Below are positions 51,828-61,619 of a DNA stretch of 64,000 bases, one piece after another. Positions within the stretch are counted from its first letter, which is position 1, and every line of letters begins with the position of its first letter. Below the pieces are notes generated by a model. That model had not been told where the DNA came from. It did not search any database and saw only the letters and a list, made by a program, of their open reading frames with translations. Both the position numbers and the translations under genes were made by a program. The DNA comes from Octopus sinensis. Taxonomy: Eukaryota. The stretch covers positions 12,710,001 to 12,774,000 of the forward strand of contig NC_043020.1 in the NCBI RefSeq assembly GCF_006345805.1. Direction: 5' to 3'.

Positions 51828-54800
51828 CACTCTCTCTCTCTCTCTCTCTCTCGCTCGTTCGCTTGCTTGCTCTCCACTCTTTCAATGCACCATCGTTTCG
51901 GGGAAACGGGGGATGTGGTTGGCTGTTTTTCTAGCTGACTGATTTGGAAACTCAGCACATGGTGGTGGGCGGTGGGTGGGTGTTTGTGGCCATAGAGGTA
52001 GTAAAGTAAACTCTCGCTATCCTCCTCCTCCTCCCCTTCCTCTCCTCTCTCTTTCTCTCTCCTCTTATTTTTGTCTTTCAAGAATGGAATGAGTAGTGAG
52101 GGGGCGGTGGGGGGGGCGACAGACTTTGCAGCTTGTCAATTTGCTTGGTTTCCTTTCTTCACTTGCTCAGCTACACACGCACACACACACACACACACAG
52201 AGGTGTACACACATACTTACACATGCACGCATACACATATACACACACACATTCAAACACATGTTCATACGTACACACATATACTTACACACAGACGTAC
52301 ACACACACACACAGGCGTACACACACACACCTACACACACTTACACACAGACGTACACACACACACACACACACACACCTACACACACTTACACACAGAC
52401 GTACACGTACACACACACACACACACATGTACACATGCACGCATATAGATACACACACACACACATTCAAACATGTACATACGTACACATACTTACACAC
52501 GCACACACACCTACACAGACACACACACACACACACACATGTACACACGATGCACATTTGGTTTACAACTTTTACGCTGTGATTGGTGGTACCCTTACTT
52601 CCCTTCTTCCTTCCTGCTTTCCTTCCTCTTCCACCTTCCTCTCCTTTCATCGTCCCACCCACCTACCCGCCTACCCGCATCGTCCTCCAAATTCTCTCTC
52701 TCACCTCATCAGATTCGACTGAGCTTGCGAAATTTTTCATACTTATTGCTGTTCTTGCTACTGTTACAACTGCTACTACTACTACTACTACTACTACTAC
52801 TGCTGCTGCTGCTACTACTACTACCACACCACCACACCACCACTACTACCACTACTACTACCACCACCACTATTGTCACTACTACTACTACTATCACCAC
52901 CACCACTATTGTCATTACTACTACTACTACTACTACTCTACCACTACTACTACCACTACTATCACTACTACTACTACATTAATTACTTTAAGATATGAGC
53001 CAACAAGTGAGGGCCTCCCACCCAATCCCCACTCTCCGTGGCCACTTATCTAGTTAGAGATAGCAGCTAAATCTCCCTCATTATTGTATTAAGTAAAGAA
53101 AAGGGGACAGGGTGGGAGGGAGGGAGTGGGCAGGCACAGGCTAGCTAACGTAGCTGTTGTGTAAACCCTTAAAAATAAAAAAAAAATAAAAAAAAAGGGA
53201 CTGGATGTCAATGACTGTTGTGCACTGGATCATGACGGGGTTTTGCTGCTTGGTCAAAGGTGATCAGGAAAGGACTACTACTACTGCTATTACTACTACT
53301 ACTACTACTACTATGTGCTTGTGTGTCTGTGTTGTTCTCGGTTCCTTTTCTGTTCAATAAAGCCGTCCCCTTTCCTCTGGTGTAGTTGTGCACTCGGTGC
53401 GGATATCGAGAGATTCATTCGCTCGCGAGCCTCCTCCGCAGTCGCCGGTGCTGTACTGCTCCGTACCAGTCACAAGTCTTCATCGCAGTGATGATATTTG
53501 CAGGACAGCTTCTTTGCGAAGTAGAACAGGTCATTATACAAACGTTCCCCTTAAATATTTTTTTTTTGTGCTGTTGTTGTTGTTTCCTTGGGGTTTACAC
53601 GCCTCTACTCTTTCTTTCTTTCTTCTTTCTTTCTTATATACTTTTCCGTAGTATAAATAGTACAAACGCATACTCATACATGCATTCATTTCACTTGCAC
53701 ATTATCACATGCATATTTATCCATTTGTCTATCCGTCTACCCATCGATCTATCCATCTACCCATTGATCTATCCGTTTACCTATCTATCTATTTATCTGT
53801 CTACCCATCTATCTATCCGTCTATCTATCTACCTATCTCTCTATCCATCTCTCTCTCTATCTATCTATCTATCTATCTATCCCTCTATCTCTCTATCCGC
53901 CTACTGATCTATCTATCCATCTATCCATCTATCTATCTATCTGTCTATCCATCTATCTATCCGTCTAACCATCTATCTATCCGTCTATCCATCTATCTAT
54001 CTATCTGTCTATCCATTTATTTATCCGTCTAACCATCTATCTATCTGTCTATCCATTTATTTATCCGTCTAACCATCTATCTATCCGTCTATCCATCTAT
54101 CTATCTATCTGTCTATCCATCTATTTATCCGTCTAACCATCTATCTATCTATCTGTCTATCCATTTATCTATCTATCCATCTAACCATCTATCTATCAGT
54201 CTATCCATCTATCTATCTATCTGTCTATCCATTTATCTATCTATCCATCTAACCATCTATCTATCAGTCTGTCTAACCATCTATCTGTCTAACCATCTAT
54301 CTATCTATCCATCTACCCATCTCTCTGTATCTCTTTCTTTCTCTCTTTCTCTTTCTTTCCCTTTATCTCTGCATCTCTTTCTTTCTACCTCTCTCTCTCT
54401 TTCTCTATCTCTTTCTATCTTTCTCTCCCTTTCTATCTATCTATCTATCTCTATCTCATTTCTTTACTGCCCACAAGGGACTACACACAGAAGGGACAAA
54501 CAAGGACAGACAAAAGGATTAAGTCAAATATATCGACCCCAGTGTGTAACTGGTACTTATTTAATCGATCCCGAAAGGATGAAAGGCAAAGTTGACCTTG
54601 GTGGAATTTGAACTCAGAACATAATGGCAGACGAAATACTGATAAGCATTTCGCCCGGTGTGCTAACATTTCTGCTAGTTCCCCACCTTTCTATCTATCT
54701 CTTTCTCTATCTCTCTCTCTATATCCCACTTTTTCTATATCCCTCTTTTTTGATCTCCCTCTTTCTCTATATATCACTCTATCTCCTTATCTACCTATCT

Positions 54801-55877
54801 ATCCATCCGTCTGTCCGTCCATCCATCTATCTACCTACCTATCTCTCCATCTGCCAGTCTATCTACCTACTTATCTGTCTATCTATCTATCTGTCTATCT
54901 ATCTGTCTATCTATCTGTCTGTCTATCTATCTACCTATCTATCTACCTATTTATCTGTCTATCTATCTATCTATCTGTCTATCCATTTATCTATCTATCC
55001 ATCTAACCATCTATCTATCAGTCTATCCATCTATCTATCTATCTGTCTATCCATTTATCTATCTATCCATCTAACCATCTATCTATCAGTCTGTCTAACC
55101 ATCTATCTGTCTAACCATCTATCTATCTATCCATCTACCCATCTCTCTGTATCTCTTTCTTTCTCTCTTTCTCTTTCTTCCCTTTATCTCTGCATCTCTT
55201 TCTTTCTACCTCTCTCTCTCTTTCTCTATCTCTTTCTATCTTCTCTCCCTTTCTATCTATCTATCTATCTCTATCTCATTTCTTTACTGCCCACAAGGGA
55301 CTACACACAGAAGGGACAAACAAGGACAGACAAAAGGATTAAGTCAAATATATCGACCCCAGTGTGTAACTGGTACTTATTTAATCGATCCCGAAAGGAT
55401 GAAAGGCAAAGTTGACCTTGGTGGAATTTGAACTCAGAACATAATGGCAGACGAAATACTGATAAGCATTTCGCCCGGTGTGCTAACATTTCTGCTAGTT
55501 CCCCACCTTTCTATCTATCTCTTTCTCTATCTCTCTCTCTATATCCCACTTTTTCTATATCCCTCTTTTTTGATCTCCCTCTTTCTCTATATATCACTCT
55601 ATCTCCTTATCTACCTATCTATCCATCCGTCTGTCCGTCCATCCATCTATCTACCTACCTATCTCTCCATCTGCCAGTCTATCTACCTACTTATCTGTCT
55701 ATCTATCTATCTGTCTATCTATCTGTCTATCTATCTGTCTGTCTATCTATCTACCTATCTATCTACCTATTTATCTGTCTATCTATCTATCTATCTGTCT
55801 ATCCATCTGTCTATCTCTCTGTCTATCCGTCTGTCTGTCTATCCGTCTGTCTGTCTATCCATCTGTCTGTCCGTCTA

Positions 55878-55908
<31 letters not shown>

Positions 55909-57736
55909 GTCTGTCTATCCGTATGTCTATCCGTCTGTCCATCTGTCCGTCCGTCCGTCCGTCCGTCCATCTGTCCATCCATCCATCTACCTATCTCTCC
56001 CTACTTAACCATCCATCTATCTCCCTATCTCCATCCATCCATCTGCTCAGCTACATTTCCATCTACCTACCTACCTACCAATCTACCTATCTACCTATTT
56101 ACCTACCTACCAATCCACTTACATACTAAGCTACCTACCTACCTATCCATCCATCCATCCATCCATCTATCTGTCCATCAGTCTATCTATCCACCAATCT
56201 ATCTATTTGTCCTTTCATCCATCTAGTTATCATCTATCTATCTATCTATCCATCCATCCATATTATCAATCTATCTACTCATTCATCAATCTGACTGTCT
56301 GTTTCATTCATCCATATCTATCTCCTTTCCTTAAGCCATCTGTCCATCAGTCTCTGTCTGATCGTCAGTCTGTCTGTCTGTCTATCCGTCAATCTGTCTG
56401 TCTATCTGTCAATCTGTCTGTCTATCCATCAGTGTGTCTGTCTATCCGCCTGTCTCTCCGTCTATCTCTCCCTGTTTGTCTCTCTATCTCAATTTATATC
56501 TCTGTCTGTCTGTCCCTCTCTCTGGATGTCTATCTAGTTTCCCAACTCATTAAATATACATACATGTGCATGTGTGTGTATACATATATGTACGTAGAGA
56601 AATATGCAAATCGTCATTTAACTCCCATATCCACCATCATGACCCACCCTCCTAATAGAGCCCCATATGTGCTTCCCTATGCCTCACACTCCACAGCTCC
56701 TACACCTTGCCCATTCCTTCTGCCCTGTTTCTCCTTCCTGAGCCACTCCAACTCCTGCTCATCACTCACTATATTGACCTCTACCTTCACCTATTTACTT
56801 TCATCTCAGACCCCTATGGAAACAGCCATGCACACTGTGACCCACCTCTGTTTTTATCTTTCCTTATGTTCACCTTGCTCCTTGAGGGTTTGCTCTAAAA
56901 CCCCATCCAGTGTTGGCTCAAAGATAAAATTTGTTGGGGTGTTGCTTCAGAAAATTTTTAACCATTGTTTTAGTATTGTGTAAAATTCAACAGACATATA
57001 AAAAGAACGTTTATTCATAAACTTGGTCGGTTGCGTTTTCGCCACTGTCGGGTAGTGTGTTGAATTTGTTCACTGAACACCGCTCCGAATTCCCCCTTGT
57101 TTTTCAAAAATCCTCCCTAAATCACAAAACAAGGGGGAATATATTCCCTGTTTTTGAAATCCTTGCAGTAATACTGAAGCTGGAAGCAGGATAATAATCT
57201 AATTCTATACTTTATCACATTCAAGAATATAAACAGTTTTAAGCACAACATGCACAGTGAAAAAGAAGCCCTACCTTTCACAAGCACTGCATGAACAAGT
57301 GTTCTCTCTCCCTAGTGTGAAGCTTCCTATCTCAGGCATGTGAGCATGCACACAACAGCGAAACACCGTGTCACTGGAACTGTGAAAGCGCACAGTTCTA
57401 TACAAGGATTTTCTTATTTTTGTCATAAACTAGGGGATGGCTACTGGCATTACGTTTAAGGATTATATAATGTACAAGTATAAAGAAAGAATTATAAAAA
57501 AAAAAAAAAGGAGTCATTATATTGAATGTCATTGATAATGTCAAGTGGAAATAGGGGGTGATGCAGTTCCGCAGAGCCTATACATGAGTCACCACTGACC
57601 CCGTCACTACCTTCCTTCAGCCATAAGACCCGTGTGCTTGTCCTTGTGAAAGTACTCAGAAGTTTGGGCATTCAACCAGGCCTTTTGTGTTACCCTTAAG
57701 GCTGGAAACTTTTCAGCACTCACTTGTGTGTGTGTG

Positions 57737-57773
<37 letters not shown>

Positions 57774-60700
57774 CACCATCTGAATGTGGCTGATGCCAGC
57801 ACCACTTTGACTGCATGGGTTGGACGGTTCAACTGGGGTCTGAGAAGCCAGAAGGCTGCACCAGGCCCAGTCTGGTCTGGTCTGGCAGTGTTTCTACAGC
57901 TGGATGCCCTTCCTAACGCCAACCACTCCGTGAGTGTAGTGGGTGCTTTTTACGTGCTACCGGCACAGGTGCCAGACGAGGCTGGCAATCGGCCACGATT
58001 GTGGTCGTTGCCAGCCTCCGGTGGCATGTAAAAGGCACCCACTACACTCACGGAGTGGTTGGCGTTAGGAAGGGCATCCAGCCGTAGAAACACCTCCAGA
58101 TCAGACTGGAGCCTGGTGCAGCCTCCTGGCTTCCAGACCTCGGTCGAACCGTCCAACCCATGCTAGCATGGAAAACGGACGATGGATGTGTAATGTCAGT
58201 GTTCATACTCGACAGAGTGTAAGTACTTTGAGAGAAAAGTTGGACCTAAGAAGCATCAGTTGTGGTGTGCAAGAGAGACGTTTGCGCTGGTATGGTCATG
58301 TGGCGAGAATGCATGAAGATAGTTGTGTGAAAAAGTGCCACACCCTAGTGGTTGAGGAAAACCTGGGACGAGGTGGTGAAGCACGACCTTCGAAATTTAG
58401 GTCTCACCGAGGAAATGACTAGAGACCGAGACCATTGGAAGTATGCCGTGCGTGAGAAGACCCGGCAGGACAGGTGAAGCCATAATCCTGTGGCCTCTAC
58501 TTGGGATGTAGCCAGCCCACTTATGCATTCCTTTCCTTCTTGGGACACAAAACTCCACTTGTGAAGACCTGTTGAGGCAAGTGAAAATCAAAATCAAAAT
58601 CGTAATCTATCAACATCAGTGGAATTTGTAGCTGTGATACCAATGCCGGTGGCACGTAAGAGAACCATCCGCCAGTGCCGCCCTGACTGGCTTCCGTGCC
58701 GGTGGCAAATAAAAAGCACCATCCGATCGTGGCCGTTTGCCAGCCTCGTCTGGCACCTGTGCCGGTAGCACGTAAAAAGCACCCACTACACTCACGGAGT
58801 GGTTGGCGTTAGGAAGGGCATCCAGCTGTAGAAACACTACCAGACTGGGCCTGGTGCAGCCTTCTGGCTTCCCAGACCCCAGTTGAACCATCCAACCCAT
58901 GCTAGCATGGAAAGCGGACGTTAAACGATGATGATGATGATATATATATATATACACATATATATATATACACTTGTGAAGGGCGGCGAGCTGGCAGAAT
59001 CGTTAGCACGCCGGGCGAAATTCGTAGCCGTATTTCATCTGTCGGTACATTCTGAGTTCAAATTCCGCCGAGGTCGACTTTGCCTTTCATCCTTTCGGGG
59101 TCGATAAATTAAGTACCAGTTTCGCACTGGGGTCGATGTAATCGACTTAATCTCTTTGTTTGTCTCCTCTGTGTGTAGCCCCTTGTGGGTAGTAAAGAAA
59201 TATATATATATATACACATACACCTATTCAAATTTTTAAAGTTGTGAAGTTTAATGTCTGTTGTCTGGTTTGACCAGGGCTGGTAAGCTGAGAGGGTACT
59301 GGAAAGTTCCTGGCTTTAAGGGTTTCACAAAAGGTTGGGGGCCCAACCTTCTGAGATCTTTTACAGGGCTTTAAAGAACCTGAAGAACTGCTGCAATAAG
59401 TATGTGAATCTGAGAGGGGAACATGTTAAATAAAATCATAACTTCTGTATTTTCTTATACCCAAAGCCAGGAAATTTTCATCACCCATTGGAATGTGTGT
59501 TTGTGTGTATATAAATACTAGCAGTATCGCCCGGCGTTGCTCGGGTTTGTAAGGGAAATAACTATATAAGCATTTTTAGAGAGTTATAGCCAAAAAATAG
59601 CAAAAAAATGCATTAAAAATGGAAAAAAAATGATGGTAAAATTTTTTTTAAATCGTTGACTCATCAGACATTTTTAGAGAGTTACTTCCCTTATATAATA
59701 GCGAGAAAAATGCATTAAAATGGAAAAAAATTTTTTTTTTAAATCGTAGACTCACCATAGACGCGCGCTAATACCCAGAAGGGCTCGATATGAATCACGA
59801 CTATAAGATACCCGAATTTGGTTAAACTGCACCGCAAAATGTGGGAGTAGTTAGGAATCTAAATCGAAGGAGACAGACACACAACTTCACTTTTATATAT
59901 AAAGATTCTGCTCTAACCCCTTTTTCTCATGTTTTTAACCACACCTAGCATAAAGCTGCTTACCTTGGAGTCTTGTTTGTTTTGTTTATTCCTTTGCGAG
60001 CCATGCCTGGCTCATAAGGGCCGGTTTCCCGGTTTCTTGGCGTATAGGTTCCCCCACCTGAAACGGGACGCCGGTTCGTCACAGGTGAGCTGCAAGATGC
60101 AGGTGGAAAGAGCGAGAGAAAGTTGTGGCGAAAGAGTCGGCAGAAGTTTCGCCATTACCTTCTGCCGGAGCTGCGTGGAGCTTAGGTGTTTTTGCGCATA
60201 AACACACACATCGCCCGGTCTGAGATTCGAACCCGCGATCCCTCGACTGCGGGGTCTGCTGCTCTAACCACTAGGCCATGTGCCTCCACCCTTGGAGTCT
60301 TGCAAGTGACATGATAACTTTGCTAGTGCTGGTGCCAAGAAGGAAAAGCATCAAGTACATGATTTAAAGTGGTTGGTATTTTGAAGGTCATTCAAGCATA
60401 GGAAGCACTCTGTCGGTTACGACGACGAGGGTTCCGGTTGATCCGAATCAACGGAACAGCCTGCTCGTGAAATTAACGTGTAAGTGGCTGAGCACTCCAC
60501 AGACACGTGTACCCTTAACGTAGTTCTCGGGGATATTCAGCGTGACACAGAGAGTGACAAGGCCGGCCCTTTGAAATACAGGTACAAGAGAAACAGGAAG
60601 AAAGAGCGAGAGAAAGTTGTGGTGAAAGAGTACAGCAGGGATCACCACCATCCCCTGCCGGAGCCTCGTGGAGCTTTAGGTGTTTTCGCTCAATAAACAC

Positions 60701-61583
60701 TCACAACGCCCGGTCTGGGAATCGAAACCGCGATCCTATGACCGCGAGTCCACTGCCCTAACCACTGGGCCATTGCGCCTCCACATTCAAGCATAGAAAC
60801 CATGCATGAGTAAGACATTGGAGTTTGTTACTGTCCTCCAACCTGTCAGGTCCTGTTTAACCGTCCAACGCATGCCAATACGGAAGATGGACCCTAAAAG
60901 ATGATGATGATGATGATGTGACATCTTCTTTTCCTGACTTTGCCATAGAGGGGGAGATTTCTGTAACTTTCTCTTCTCTCTCTTTACTCTTTTACTTGTT
61001 TCAGTCATTTGACTGTGGCCATGCTGGAGCACCGCCTTTAGTCGAGCAAATCGACCCCGGGACTTATTCTTTGTAAGCCCAGTACTTATTCTATCGGTCT
61101 CTTTTGCCAAACCGCTAAATGATGGGGACGTAAACACACCAGCATCGGTTGTCAAGCAATGCTAGGGGGACAAACACGGACACACAAACATACACACACA
61201 TACATACATATATATATATACATATATACGACAGGCTTCTTTCAGTTTCCGTCTACCAAATCCACTCACAAGGCATAGGTCGGCCCGGGGCTATAGCAGA
61301 AGGCACTTGCCCAAGGTGCCACGCAGTGGGACTGAACCCGGAACCATGTGGTTGGTTAGCAAGCTACTTACCACACAGCCACTCCTGCGCCTCTATGTCT
61401 ACTTCAGCACCCATTCTAGAAATGTCTGTGTCGGAAAATCCATGCTTCACAGTGATTAATAGTTCCAGCTTGGGCAGGGATTCTTGGGATCCAACTTGGG
61501 ACTGACCGATATGGGTACATTGGGTACAGGCTCATGCATGTGGATGGTCACTCACATACATTCTCTCTGTCTGTGTGTCTCTT

Positions 61584-61619
<36 letters not shown>

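Noticed and set aside
53208-53550. Minus-strand protein-like readings in the CpG island
   Set aside because: Short, interrupted by stops, and without credible splice acceptors.
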